Assembly (NCBI GenBank): GCA_017447725.1
Contig: JAFSMX010000007.1
Span: 1 to 50,417 of the forward strand
Reading direction: 5' to 3'
Length of the DNA stretch: 50,417 nt
From: Bacilli bacterium
GTDB lineage: Bacteria; Bacillota_I; Bacilli_A; RFN20; CAG-826
Position 1 is the first letter of the stretch. Every line of letters begins with the position of its first letter. Shown here one piece after another: positions 1 through 9,521 of this stretch. The notes below the pieces were generated by a model. That model was not told where the DNA came from. It was given only the letters and a program-made list of their open reading frames with translations, and ran no database searches. The position numbers were made by a program, and so were the translations under genes.

Positions 1-10
1 AACTCTCAAA
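1..10 (-). rRNA. rrs: Extreme 5' end of a 16S rRNA gene (runs off the left edge of the window)
   Basis: The minus strand ends ...TTTGAGAGTT, matching the start of the universal 16S 5' motif AGAGTTTGATC. It is preceded by a boxA-like leader motif and a strong promoter. Only a few bases are visible. Confidence 0.6.
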
Positions 11-85
11 AAGTTTTATCTTAGTTCAAAATTATAATCTGGTTATTGTATATAAAAAATTGACGTTAATGTTTCTTGTACATCT

Positions 86-103
86 GTTTAGTTTTCAAAG
101 ATC
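86..103 (-). promoter_or_regulatory. rRNA leader boxA / processing-stalk motif
   Basis: The minus strand reads GATCTTTGAAAACTAAAC, the conserved Bacillota rrn leader motif. Confidence 0.75.
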
Positions 104-161
104 AGTGACGCACTATATACTTTCGTATATCTCTAGGTTCCCTTGGAACGTGCGCTTTTCT

Positions 162-218
162 ATATTACTATTATGAAATAAGTAAGTCAAACACTTTTTA
201 AAAAATTTTTTCAAAAAA
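162..218 (-). promoter_or_regulatory. Sigma-A promoter of the rRNA operon with UP element
   Basis: TTGACT (190-185), 17-bp spacer, TAATAT (167-162), with A/T tracts upstream (about 195-218). Confidence 0.75.
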
Positions 219-244
219 TGAAAGCCCCCGGGTTAGCGGGGGCT
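213..244 (-). terminator. Intrinsic terminator after desulfoferrodoxin
   Basis: 8-bp stem AGCCCCCG/CGGGGGCT (223-244) with a 6-nt loop, followed by TTTCATTTTTT on the minus strand. Confidence 0.85.
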
Positions 245-269
245 AATTTATGACTAGAATCCTTAGATT

Positions 270-647
270 CTACTCAATGTTCTTTTTCCATAATCCATGG
301 AGATTGCAATAGGCATAAGCGGAGAAAACGATCTCATTTTCCTTGATTGCAAACTCAGCCGCTGGAACATCATTTGGATAAAGGTGTTTAATTTTGTAAC
401 CTTGGTCGGTGTGAAGAACGATGAATTCGATGTAGTGTTCATTCGTCATTGGGTGAATCACTTCACCAACACGAACTTGAACGACATTTTCTTTTTCTTC
501 GACGACTGGAATATGCTTTTCGAAGGCGGCATCGACAGTATTAGCTTCAAGAAGAACCATAGGTTCTCCACAGCAAATAGTTGGGATTTTCTTGTCTTCG
601 AGCATCATGACAACTTTGCCACAATGATTACACTTATAGAAATACAT
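270..647 (-). CDS. dfx: Desulfoferrodoxin / 2Fe superoxide reductase
   Basis: N-terminal CxxC...CC desulforedoxin centre, then EKH, HPM..H and CNLH ligands of the SOR centre. Confidence 0.92.
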   Translation of the reverse strand: MYFYKCNHCGKVVMMLEDKKIPTICCGEPMVLLEANTVDAAFEKHIPVVEEKENVVQVRVGEVIHPMTNEHYIEFIVLHTDQGYKIKHLYPNDVPAAEFAIKENEIVFSAYAYCNLHGLWKKNIE

Positions 648-678
648 AATTCTTTTCCTTTAATTATACGTGTACGCG

Positions 679-1425
679 TTAGTTGCGACTTCTTCCGTAG
701 ATACGAACCACAATCGATAAGATACGAATGAAGATGTAGATAAAATCTACATAAAGGTTAAACGCACAAAGAATCGCGGTTTTATTGCTTTGTTCACCAC
801 TATCAGCAATACGTTTGACTCGGTTAATATCAAAGATGGTGATTAATAGCATTGCCGCAAACATTCCATAGGAAATGACCCAGTAGATCATTTCAAATCC
901 TGGGAAGAAAAGCATCCAGATGACATTGAATAATCCGATAAAGAGAATTCCAATCATCATTCCAAAGCCAATCATACCTAAGATAGAAAGATCTCTTTTG
1001 GTAAACCAACCAATGACAAACATAATGCCAAAGGTAAAGCAGGTTAAACCAAAGGAAATCGCGATGAGATAGAATGGGACAAACATTGTAAATCCAGAGA
1101 TAAACACGCCCATGACGATCGCGTATAAGACAAATGGAATCATTGGACGGGATTTTTCTTTAAAAACCGAGAAGTGGATCCACAAGATCAGAGGAATGTA
1201 CATGATAAACGCAGCAATAAATAATCCGATATAGGCTTTCGCCGCATCGATATTGACTTCGTTACCATAAACAATTGGGAAGAATTGGGTAAAAATTAGA
1301 CCAATCACAGCGCAGACTACAGCTGTAATGCCAATTGCCATAAACATATAGAGGAAAACTTTGGACGCCCACTTTGTGGTCGTATAGGTTTTCACATCTG
1401 ATTGTCGGATTGATTCAGCAATCAT
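679..1425 (-). CDS. Bax inhibitor-1 / YccA family membrane protein
   Basis: About 7 hydrophobic segments. FD..R motif and C-terminal A..LYVDFIYIFIRIL signature. SD GGAGG upstream. Confidence 0.85.
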   Translation of the reverse strand: MIAESIRQSDVKTYTTTKWASKVFLYMFMAIGITAVVCAVIGLIFTQFFPIVYGNEVNIDAAKAYIGLFIAAFIMYIPLILWIHFSVFKEKSRPMIPFVLYAIVMGVFISGFTMFVPFYLIAISFGLTCFTFGIMFVIGWFTKRDLSILGMIGFGMMIGILFIGLFNVIWMLFFPGFEMIYWVISYGMFAAMLLITIFDINRVKRIADSGEQSNKTAILCAFNLYVDFIYIFIRILSIVVRIYGRSRN

Positions 1426-1436
1426 AGAGCACCTCC

Positions 1437-2192
1437 TTACTTGCCAACGTTGGCAATTAATTGATGGAAAGAATCAACTTTCAAGGATGCACCACCAACA
1501 AGAGCTCCATCAACGTTTGGTTGCATTAAGTAGTCGTGAACGTTTTCTGGTTTAACAGAACCTCCGTATAAAATACGAATTTCGTCAGCGACTTCACCGA
1601 ACTCTTCACGAATAAGTTCACGGCAGTATCCACAGATATCTTCCGCGATTTCTTTCGAAGCGTTCTTTCCGGTACCAATCGCCCAGACTGGTTCATAGGC
1701 AACAACGACTTTACGAAGTTCTTCTGGGGTTAATCCTTTTAAGCCTTCTACGATTTGTTCTTCAATCACTTTTTTAGTGTGACCAGCTTCAAATTGAGCT
1801 AAGGTTTCACCAACACAGTAGATGGAGAACATATCATTTTGGCATAAAGCGTGTAACTTTTTGTTACAAGCTTCATTAGTCTCTCCGAAGTAAGTTCTTC
1901 TTTCGGAGTGACCAATAATGACCCAGTTAATATTAAGTTCTTTTAACATTGAAATAGAAATTTCACCGGTAAAAGCACCATGATCTTCAAAGTGGCAGTT
2001 TTGCGCAGCCACATTTAAAGTTGGGTTTTCTTTTTTAACAGCAGCTAATGAGAGATAAGTTGGGGCAACACCAATTTCGACATTTACGGATTGAGCAAAT
2101 TTTGCTAATTCGTGACTTTCTTTGGCAAAAGCACGAGCTTCCTCAATGCTTTTGTTCATTTTCCAGTTGCCAAATAATAATTTGGTTCTCAT
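1437..2192 (-). CDS. tpiA: Triosephosphate isomerase
   Basis: GNWKMN, IIGHSERR, AYEPVWAIGTG and LVGGASL motifs. Confidence 0.98.
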   Translation of the reverse strand: MRTKLLFGNWKMNKSIEEARAFAKESHELAKFAQSVNVEIGVAPTYLSLAAVKKENPTLNVAAQNCHFEDHGAFTGEISISMLKELNINWVIIGHSERRTYFGETNEACNKKLHALCQNDMFSIYCVGETLAQFEAGHTKKVIEEQIVEGLKGLTPEELRKVVVAYEPVWAIGTGKNASKEIAEDICGYCRELIREEFGEVADEIRILYGGSVKPENVHDYLMQPNVDGALVGGASLKVDSFHQLIANVGK

Positions 2193-2193
2193 A

Positions 2194-3405
2194 TTACTTT
2201 AAAATGTCGACACCTGGTAAGTGTCCGTCGTTTTCAATCATTTCTAAGGAAGCACCACCGCCAGTAGAAACATGGCTGAAGGATTCCTTATAGCCGAATT
2301 CTTTGATTGCTGCAGCACTATCGCCACCACCACAAACAGAGAAACATCCTTTTAAGGAAGCGACTGCTTTGCAGATGGAGATTGTTCCGCTAGCAAAATC
2401 TTTTTGTTCAAAGACACCCATTGGACCATTCCAGAAAACCATTTTTGCTTTAGAGATTTCTTCAGCAAAGAGTTTTTCGGTAGCTGGACCAATGTCCATA
2501 CCTTGGTATCCTTCTGGGACGTTGTCTTTGACAACTTCTTTCTTGGTCCAACCTTCGAATGCGTCAGTGACAACAGAGTCAACTGGTAAAACGATTTTAC
2601 CTTTGGCTTCTTCTAAGCACTTACGAGCATAGTCGAGTTGGTCGAGTTCGACTGGAGATGTTCCAGTTTCAAATCCAAGAGCTTTCTTAAAGGTGTAAGC
2701 CATCGCTCCACCAATAAGGATTTTGTCACACTTCTTAAGAAGTGAGTCAATAACTTTAATTTTGTCAGAAACTTTTAAACCGCCAAGGATTGCGACATAT
2801 GGACGATCTTCTTTTTTGACGTCAACGCAACGCATTAAGTTAGCGATTTCTTTTTCAACGAGGTAGCCACAAGCAACTGGTTTACCTTCGGCTTTTAAGA
2901 GTTCTGGAATGCCATAAGTTGAGGCGTGTGCTCTATGAGCACTACCGAAAGCATCCATGACATAAGCATCGGCAACCTTGGCCCAGTCTTTAGAAAGTTC
3001 TGGATCATTCTTTTCTTCGCCCTTTTCATAACGAGTGTTTTGGACAAGAAGAACTTCTCCATCTTTTAAGGCTGCAACCTTTGCTTCGAATTTAGGACCA
3101 CGAGTTGCTTTAGAGAAGTAAACTTCTTTTCCTAATAAGGAAGCAAGTGTGGAAACAACGATTTCCATGTTGTTTTTGGCTTTTTGAGCTTCGACAACTT
3201 CTGGGGCTTCTTTGTGTTTCACTTTTCCAAGGTGGGAGAGTAAAACAACACGAGCGCCTTCAGAGAGGAGTTTTTGAATTGTTGGTAAAGCGGCTCTGAC
3301 ACGGTTATCGTCACGAACCTTGCCATCTTTAAGTGGGACGTTGAAGTCAACACGAACGATGACAATTTTACCTTTGAGACCTTTTAATTGATCAACAGTA
3401 AGCAT
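2194..3405 (-). CDS. pgk: Phosphoglycerate kinase
   Basis: RVDFNVP, DAFGSAHRAHAS, WNGPMGVFE, GGGDS and STGGGASLE motifs. Confidence 0.98.
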   Translation of the reverse strand: MLTVDQLKGLKGKIVIVRVDFNVPLKDGKVRDDNRVRAALPTIQKLLSEGARVVLLSHLGKVKHKEAPEVVEAQKAKNNMEIVVSTLASLLGKEVYFSKATRGPKFEAKVAALKDGEVLLVQNTRYEKGEEKNDPELSKDWAKVADAYVMDAFGSAHRAHASTYGIPELLKAEGKPVACGYLVEKEIANLMRCVDVKKEDRPYVAILGGLKVSDKIKVIDSLLKKCDKILIGGAMAYTFKKALGFETGTSPVELDQLDYARKCLEEAKGKIVLPVDSVVTDAFEGWTKKEVVKDNVPEGYQGMDIGPATEKLFAEEISKAKMVFWNGPMGVFEQKDFASGTISICKAVASLKGCFSVCGGGDSAAAIKEFGYKESFSHVSTGGGASLEMIENDGHLPGVDILK

Positions 3406-3423
3406 ATTTTTTCTCCTTCATTT

Positions 3424-3463
3424 GAGACAAAGAGGCGCTACAAAGTAGCGTCTCAATCGTCTT
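3424..3463 (-). other. Intergenic stem-loop between gap and pgk (possible mRNA stabiliser or partial terminator)
   Basis: Imperfect inverted repeat GAGGCGCTAC-AAA-GTAGCGTCTC (3432-3454) with short flanking pairing and no long U tract. Confidence 0.45.
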
Positions 3464-3475
3464 ATATGAGTTTAA

Positions 3476-4549
3476 TTAGCACTTTTCAGCAAAGTACTTA
3501 ATGGTGCGAACCATTTGTGAAGTGTAGGAGTTTTCATTGTCGTACCAAGAGACAACTTGAACTTCATAGAGGCCTTCACCAATTTTGGCAACCATTGTTT
3601 GTGTGGCATCGAAGAGGGAACCGAATCTCATTCCGATAACATCAGAAGAAACGATTGGATCTTCGTTATAACCATAGGATTCATTAGCGACTTTCTTCAT
3701 GTAAGCATTAATGACTTCTGGGGTTAATTCGCCATCATATTTCACAACAGCGGTTAAGATGGTTGTAGAACCAGTTGGAACTGGAACACGTTGTGCACTA
3801 CCAATAAGTTTTCCATTTAATTCTGGAATAACTAAGCCGATAGCTTTAGCAGCACCAGTGGAGTTTGGAACGATGTTGGCGGCACCAGCACGGGCACGGC
3901 GGAGATCGCCTTTGCGGTGTGGACCATCAAGAATCATTTGGTCACCAGTGTAAGCGTGAATTGTGCTCATGATACCAGATTGAATTGGTGCGAGTTCATG
4001 AAGGGCTTTGGCCATTGGAGCTAAGCAGTTGGTTGTACAGCTGGCTGCTGAGATGACGTTGTCTTCTTTGGTTAAACTCTTTTCGTTAACACCATAGACA
4101 ATGGTTGGGAGGTCTTTTCCTGCTGGAGCAGAAATGACGACTTTACGAGCACCGGCGTTGATGTGAGCCATGGATTTTTCCTTAGAGCAGTAGAAACCTG
4201 TACATTCTAAGACAACATCAACCTTGAGTTCTTTCCATGGAAGATCGGCTGCGTTTGGTTTGGCATAAATGGTGATTTCCTTGCCATCAACAGTGATTGA
4301 ACCTGGCTTGACAACGGTCTTTCCGTCTTCGGCTAATTCTGGTTCTTTGCTGCTCACAGTGTGAAGATTTTCACCAATATGACCGGCATAGCCACCTTGA
4401 GCGGTGTCATATTTTAATAAATTAGCTAACATTTTTGGGCTGGTTAAATCGTTAATAGCGACGATTTCATAACCTTCAGCACCGAACATTTGGCGGAAAG
4501 CTAAACGTCCGATACGTCCAAATCCGTTAATTGCAACTTTAACTGACAT
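3476..4549 (-). CDS. gap: Type I glyceraldehyde-3-phosphate dehydrogenase
   Basis: [19 protein letters not shown] and SWYDNE motifs. SD AAGGAGG. Confidence 0.98.
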   Translation of the reverse strand: MSVKVAINGFGRIGRLAFRQMFGAEGYEIVAINDLTSPKMLANLLKYDTAQGGYAGHIGENLHTVSSKEPELAEDGKTVVKPGSITVDGKEITIYAKPNAADLPWKELKVDVVLECTGFYCSKEKSMAHINAGARKVVISAPAGKDLPTIVYGVNEKSLTKEDNVISAASCTTNCLAPMAKALHELAPIQSGIMSTIHAYTGDQMILDGPHRKGDLRRARAGAANIVPNSTGAAKAIGLVIPELNGKLIGSAQRVPVPTGSTTILTAVVKYDGELTPEVINAYMKKVANESYGYNEDPIVSSDVIGMRFGSLFDATQTMVAKIGEGLYEVQVVSWYDNENSYTSQMVRTIKYFAEKC

Positions 4550-4604
4550 AAAATGTCCTCCTTTTTAAATTGCCGTGGTTATTATACATTGCTTTTATAT
4601 AAAT

Positions 4605-4634
4605 AAAAAAGAACCACCTTTATGAAAGTGGTTT
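4605..4634 (-). terminator. Intrinsic terminator after the XRE gene, just upstream of the gap -10 box (TATAAT, 4586-4581)
   Basis: The minus strand reads GAAACCACTTTCATAAAGGTGGTTCTTTTTT. Confidence 0.7.
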
Positions 4635-4665
4635 CAAACAATTTTAGTATAACAAAAATTGATAG

Positions 4666-4893
4666 TTATAAGCCTTCAATTGTCTCGATTCCACGAAACA
4701 ATTCTGATAAGGTGATGCCAAAGGCATCGCTAATTCTTTCAAGAATCTCTAAAGATGGATTTCGTCGTCCATTTTCTAAATCGCAAATATAATTCTTATT
4801 TACGTTCGCTTCGAGCGCTAAATCCTCCTGGGACCACTTCCTAAGAGAACGCAAATAACGGATTCTCATACCTAACTGGATGACTGCTTTCAT
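4666..4893 (-). CDS. XRE-family helix-turn-helix protein
   Basis: 75 aa with the IRYLR...SQEDLA...YICDLENGRRNPSLE HTH_3 pattern. The start overlaps the whiA stop (ATGA). Confidence 0.9.
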   Translation of the reverse strand: MKAVIQLGMRIRYLRSLRKWSQEDLALEANVNKNYICDLENGRRNPSLEILERISDAFGITLSELFRGIETIEGL

Positions 4894-5846
4894 TTGAGTG
4901 CTCCTTTGTATCTTTCGGCACTTTGATGAATAGCGCGGAATAAGTGATTAATATTCGATCGAGACACAGGTTCTCCTAGTTCATCGCTAAGAAGTTTGGC
5001 TAATTCGGACAAAGATGCGTCATCGTGTTTGAGACGGATTCTCATTAATGCTTGTTGTTTTTTGTTTTGAACATGTTCAATGCCTAAAACTTGGTCGATG
5101 ATTCTAATATCCTTAATTTGTTTTTTACTAGATGAAGTTGTCTTGTTGTAATTGGCGTAATCTAGATTTTGTAGACGATTACCAATCGCAGAAAAATCTC
5201 TATCGATTCTAATTGATTCAAATTCCAGGGTTGTATTAGTAGCGCCCATCAAAGATAAAAGATCCACAATTTGCTGGGATTTTTTCAAATATACAACGTA
5301 TTTGCCACGTCTTTCGACAACTTTTGGAGAAAACTCAGTCAATTTACAACGAATTAATAATTTTGAGAACCATTTTGCAAAGTTTTCTTCTCTTAAGCAA
5401 AACTCTAAATGATAGTTAGAATTCTTTGGTGAATTGCAAGAACCGGCAGCTAAAAATGCTCCGGAAATATAACCTGAAAGCATGTCATCGGTATAAACGA
5501 TATTTTTTGAGATTTTTCCTTCTAAAAATGAGATCTCTAGATCATCTAAAAGGTATTCACCTTCATCAATGATAACATTATATGTTAATCGTTTTCTAAA
5601 ATTCATGGTTTTCATGTAAGAAAAGCGACATGATAAACCATATACTCTTTCAACAGAATAATAGATAAATTTTGCTGTTTTGGCTGATTCGGTTTTAACA
5701 ACAATTTGTGGCCTTTTTGAACCAATATTTAAAGAACCATTGATTCTAATAAAAGCGGATAATAAGGCTCGTAAGTGCTCATCAGAAAAAGTTAGAGAAC
5801 AAATCTCTTCTTTCACTTTTTGAGTAAACGAAACCTTGGCCTGCAT
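4890..5846 (-). CDS. whiA: DNA-binding protein WhiA
   Basis: SFTQKVKEE N-terminus, GAFLAAGS..P..YHLE, NRLQNLDYAN and a C-terminal HTH. Follows rapZ. Confidence 0.93.
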   Translation of the reverse strand: MQAKVSFTQKVKEEICSLTFSDEHLRALLSAFIRINGSLNIGSKRPQIVVKTESAKTAKFIYYSVERVYGLSCRFSYMKTMNFRKRLTYNVIIDEGEYLLDDLEISFLEGKISKNIVYTDDMLSGYISGAFLAAGSCNSPKNSNYHLEFCLREENFAKWFSKLLIRCKLTEFSPKVVERRGKYVVYLKKSQQIVDLLSLMGATNTTLEFESIRIDRDFSAIGNRLQNLDYANYNKTTSSSKKQIKDIRIIDQVLGIEHVQNKKQQALMRIRLKHDDASLSELAKLLSDELGEPVSRSNINHLFRAIHQSAERYKGALK

Positions 5847-6685
5847 TATTTCATTAATTCCTTATGAATAACGCGTGTCTGATATTTCTTGGAATAGTAT
5901 TTGTTTAAATATTCCGCTATAACAACTGAACGGTGTTGACCTCCACTACAAGCGACACCGATTGTAGCATGTGTTCTTTCGCTCTCTTTTAGACGAGGCA
6001 AATAATAATCTAAATAAGAAATAACGTGTTTTAAGAAATCCTGCGTGACTTCATTGTCTAAAACATATCGAATTATTTTTTCATCTAACCCAGTCAGTTC
6101 GCGAAGTTCAGGAACCCAATATGGATTTGGCAGTAGTCGAACATCGAAAACTGTTTCGACATCTTGCGGAACCGAACGTTTATAACCAAAAGATACGAAC
6201 GTCACCACAAAATCGTGTTTATGAGAACCTAGTGCAACGAAAATTAATTGCTTTCTAAATTCGTTTTTGGAAAGTTTCGTAGTATCAATAAAATGAGTGA
6301 ACGAAAGTCTCATATCATTGATTTGCTTAATCTCTAAATCAAGTGCCTCCTCAAGTGGCATTCCGTTGGCCTCTTTTGGATGTTTTCTTCTTGATAATCG
6401 ATAGCGAGATAAAAGCTCACCTTTTTCACAAAATAAGCCAATGAAATTAATATTAAATTCACTGCAATTCTTGGCTAATTCGTATGTTTTCTGTGCAATA
6501 TCAAGAGAAACAGCAAGAGCAACTTTTGCATATTTTTTTGGATCTTTTATATAAGTTTGAAGAAGTTTCTCAACTACTTCTAAAGGAACGTTATCTGTAA
6601 CAAAAAAACCATTTTCTTCAAACGTATATAAGGCAGAACTTTTTCCAGCTCCACCAACGCCTGTAACAATATCTAGTTCAATCAT
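5846..6685 (-). CDS. rapZ: RNase adapter RapZ / YvcJ P-loop protein
   Basis: TGVGGAGKS P-loop, SFGYK, FDVRLLPNPYW and CSGGQHRSV motifs. Confidence 0.93.
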   Translation of the reverse strand: MIELDIVTGVGGAGKSSALYTFEENGFFVTDNVPLEVVEKLLQTYIKDPKKYAKVALAVSLDIAQKTYELAKNCSEFNINFIGLFCEKGELLSRYRLSRRKHPKEANGMPLEEALDLEIKQINDMRLSFTHFIDTTKLSKNEFRKQLIFVALGSHKHDFVVTFVSFGYKRSVPQDVETVFDVRLLPNPYWVPELRELTGLDEKIIRYVLDNEVTQDFLKHVISYLDYYLPRLKESERTHATIGVACSGGQHRSVVIAEYLNKYYSKKYQTRVIHKELMK

Positions 6686-6696
6686 TAATTCTCCTC

Positions 6697-7590
6697 CTAA
6701 TGAACAAACTTCATTGCCTCAGTAGCAGCAATCGCACCATCGTTTGCCGCAGTGACTAGTTGCTTTAATTTTTTAGATGTAATGTCTCCGGCAAAATAAA
6801 GACCAGCAACATTACTCATCATTTCTTCATTCACCTTAACTCCGAATTGATCGGTTTCAGGTTTGAGGTTAAACAAGAATTCATCTGAGGATTTAGTTCC
6901 AACAAATGGGAAAACTCCCCAAACAGGAAGATCCTTACCATTAACTCTAATTGCGCTTACTCCAACATCATCACCAACAATTTCTTCAACATTTGAATTA
7001 AGAATAACTTCAATATTTTCTTTCTCTTTTACTTTAATAAGTAAAGATGGCGTTCCTTCAAGTTCTTCAGCTGGAACACATAAGTAAAGTTTATTCACAA
7101 GATTTGCTAAATAGAGACTTTCTTCTAAAACAATATCGTTATTACCAACTACAGCGACATCGGCGCCTTTAAAGAAGTTTCCATCGCAGGTTGCGCAGTA
7201 AGAAACACCGCGACCAACGAATTCTTTTTCACCTTTAATTGTGACTCCTTGAATTTTACGACCGGTAGCTACAATAACTGCTTTTGCATCATAACTATCT
7301 TGGTCAGTAACAACTTCAAATCCACCTTCTTCTTTTAAAATTGTTTGGACACTTCCATATTTAATTTCGATTCCCAAATTTCGTACTTGTTCCATTAAAG
7401 AAATAAGAATATCGGAGCCAGTTGTATTAGGTATTCCTGGGTAATTTTCAACCTTATGAAGCTTATTTAAAAGTCCACCTGGTAAAGAGTTTTCTAAAAC
7501 AACAAAATCGGCGTTTCCACGCTTTAAATAGATTGCTGCTGTTAAGCCGGCAATACCTGCGCCAATAACAACAATATCAGTCTTTTTCAT
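6697..7590 (-). CDS. trxB: Thioredoxin reductase-like flavoprotein (NADPH-binding motifs degenerate)
   Basis: GAGIAG FAD motif, VENYPG, GVSYCATCDG redox motif, AGD and QLVTAANDG. Confidence 0.85.
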   Translation of the reverse strand: MKKTDIVVIGAGIAGLTAAIYLKRGNADFVVLENSLPGGLLNKLHKVENYPGIPNTTGSDILISLMEQVRNLGIEIKYGSVQTILKEEGGFEVVTDQDSYDAKAVIVATGRKIQGVTIKGEKEFVGRGVSYCATCDGNFFKGADVAVVGNNDIVLEESLYLANLVNKLYLCVPAEELEGTPSLLIKVKEKENIEVILNSNVEEIVGDDVGVSAIRVNGKDLPVWGVFPFVGTKSSDEFLFNLKPETDQFGVKVNEEMMSNVAGLYFAGDITSKKLKQLVTAANDGAIAATEAMKFVH

Positions 7591-8222
7591 AAGATTTCCT
7601 CCAAGAATTGCTGGTAATTTTTAATATGGACATCTATTTTTGCGCCTTCAGGAAGTTTGCGTGTTGACCAATCAACAAAGGCAAATTTCACACCAGCATT
7701 TTTAGCGGTTAAATAATCAATTTGACCATCACCAACATATAGAACTTTCTCTTTATCTTTAACACCGAAATGATCCATCGCCATAACAACACCATCTTCG
7801 GCTGGTTTCAAATGTTTTACTTCATCAGCACAGACAGTATATGGAACTAAACCAGTGACATGAAAGAGTTCATAAGTGTAATCGGTTGCGTATCGATGTT
7901 TATTTGTAACGATTCCGAAATGTATTCCCTTTTCATTGAGTTTTTCAAACATCTCTTTTACATATGGAAAGAGTTTGCAGTACTTCACATAATTTCCAAC
8001 CGAACGTTTACGGAACTCATTTAATACAACTTCTTGATCTAAATCAGGAAACTCGTTTTTAAGTGTGACAGTAATTTGCGGACCAGAGAACGTGAGCATA
8101 TGTTCTCTTGTTGGATGATAATCTGGTTTGAAGATTTGATAGAGCTCTTTAAAAGTCTCGACAATCATTTCATCACTATCGAGGAGAGTTCCATCTAGAT
8201 CAAACAAGATTAGATCGTACAT
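7587..8222 (-). CDS. HAD-superfamily hydrolase (PpaX/Gph-like)
   Basis: FDLDGTL motif I, TNK motif II, KP and VGDGQID motifs. Occupies the ppaX position after lgt. Confidence 0.88.
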   Translation of the reverse strand: MYDLILFDLDGTLLDSDEMIVETFKELYQIFKPDYHPTREHMLTFSGPQITVTLKNEFPDLDQEVVLNEFRKRSVGNYVKYCKLFPYVKEMFEKLNEKGIHFGIVTNKHRYATDYTYELFHVTGLVPYTVCADEVKHLKPAEDGVVMAMDHFGVKDKEKVLYVGDGQIDYLTAKNAGVKFAFVDWSTRKLPEGAKIDVHIKNYQQFLEEIL

Positions 8223-9521
8223 TTAAATGGTCTCCAATGTTTTTGGTGGTAAACCTCTCTTTTTGCGTAACGCATCATAGACATGGAAGGCCACAATAAG
8301 AAGAATTCCTAGTGCCACCATCACAAATGCGATAATCCAAGATTGAAGATAACCATAACCATCTTCGTGTTGTCCTAGGTTAAATCCTTCTCTTAAAGGC
8401 TCAAACGCAACACGTGTTAATCCGTACCAAATAAGGTAGCTAGCTCCAATATCGCCTAAGCCGATAAAATTCTTTAAACCTCGACCAATCGCGTAACGTA
8501 AAACGAAGAAACCAACAATATTGGTTACACTTTCGATAAAGAACAATGGAAGTCGATATTGTCCATTGATTAGCATGTTATTAGAAATAATCTTTGGGAA
8601 GATTTTCATCACATCTTCACTAACAACTTGACCATAAACTTCACGATTAAAGAAATTACCCCAACGTCCGATTGCTTGAGCAATAATAACGCAAGGAAGA
8701 ATAACATCAATTAGAAAACGAACATTGAGTTCTTTCTTTTTAAGAAGAACAAAGATAATAGTAACAGTTGCTCCAAGGAAAATACCGCCTTGAACAGCAA
8801 GACCGCCTTCCCAAATCTTAAAGACTTCTACAAAGTGTTGACTATAATAATCAAACTCTAAAACAAAACAGGACCAAAGTCTTGCACCGAGAATACCAGA
8901 CAAGAAAGCAATAATCGCAATTGATTCAATTAATCCATGTTTCTTATATTTTTTGTAAACAATGTGATCAGCAATAAAATAAGCTAGCACAGTTCCACCA
9001 ACAATAAGGATTCCATACCAAAGAATTGCACCTTCACTTCCTGGTTCAATATAGTTAATACCACTTTTGAATCCGATTCCGTTTGGAAGTGGGTATTTTA
9101 GATAATCAGCAACTCCAGTTGTAAGTAGATAAACACCTAAGATAAAAACAACAGCAGAACAAATTAAAACATACTTTAAAATTCGACGTTCTTTCTCTTC
9201 ACTACTGATGTTGTAATAACGGATTAGAAATGAACAAACACCGAACGAAAATCCTGTTCCAAAGAAGTAAGAACCAAAGATAATTAGGAAATGTTCATAG
9301 ACTTCTAAATGCCATCCACCGTTCATTACTAAGCCGTAGCTTGAAGCAATGGTTAATAAACCTTGCGCAAGCATTAGTGGAAGCATTTTTACCAGCAATT
9401 CACGGTTAAACTCAAATTTTTGCCCACCAATTGCTGATGCTTTATTAATACGCAAAACGTTATAGATGGTTAACCCAAACCAGAAAACACCTAAAACAAT
9501 TGCACTAATTAGAAGAATCAT
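8223..9521 (-). CDS. lgt: Prolipoprotein diacylglyceryl transferase with an N-terminal membrane extension
   Basis: WYG, GAR, WEGGLAVQGG and AQAIGRWGNFFNRE Lgt signature. Confidence 0.92.
   Translation of the reverse strand: MILLISAIVLGVFWFGLTIYNVLRINKASAIGGQKFEFNRELLVKMLPLMLAQGLLTIASSYGLVMNGGWHLEVYEHFLIIFGSYFFGTGFSFGVCSFLIRYYNISSEEKERRILKYVLICSAVVFILGVYLLTTGVADYLKYPLPNGIGFKSGINYIEPGSEGAILWYGILIVGGTVLAYFIADHIVYKKYKKHGLIESIAIIAFLSGILGARLWSCFVLEFDYYSQHFVEVFKIWEGGLAVQGGIFLGATVTIIFVLLKKKELNVRFLIDVILPCVIIAQAIGRWGNFFNREVYGQVVSEDVMKIFPKIISNNMLINGQYRLPLFFIESVTNIVGFFVLRYAIGRGLKNFIGLGDIGASYLIWYGLTRVAFEPLREGFNLGQHEDGYGYLQSWIIAFVMVALGILLIVAFHVYDALRKKRGLPPKTLETI

Noticed and set aside
4666-4893. XRE protein as a restriction-modification controller or antitoxin
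   Set aside because: No methyltransferase, nuclease or toxin gene is adjacent.
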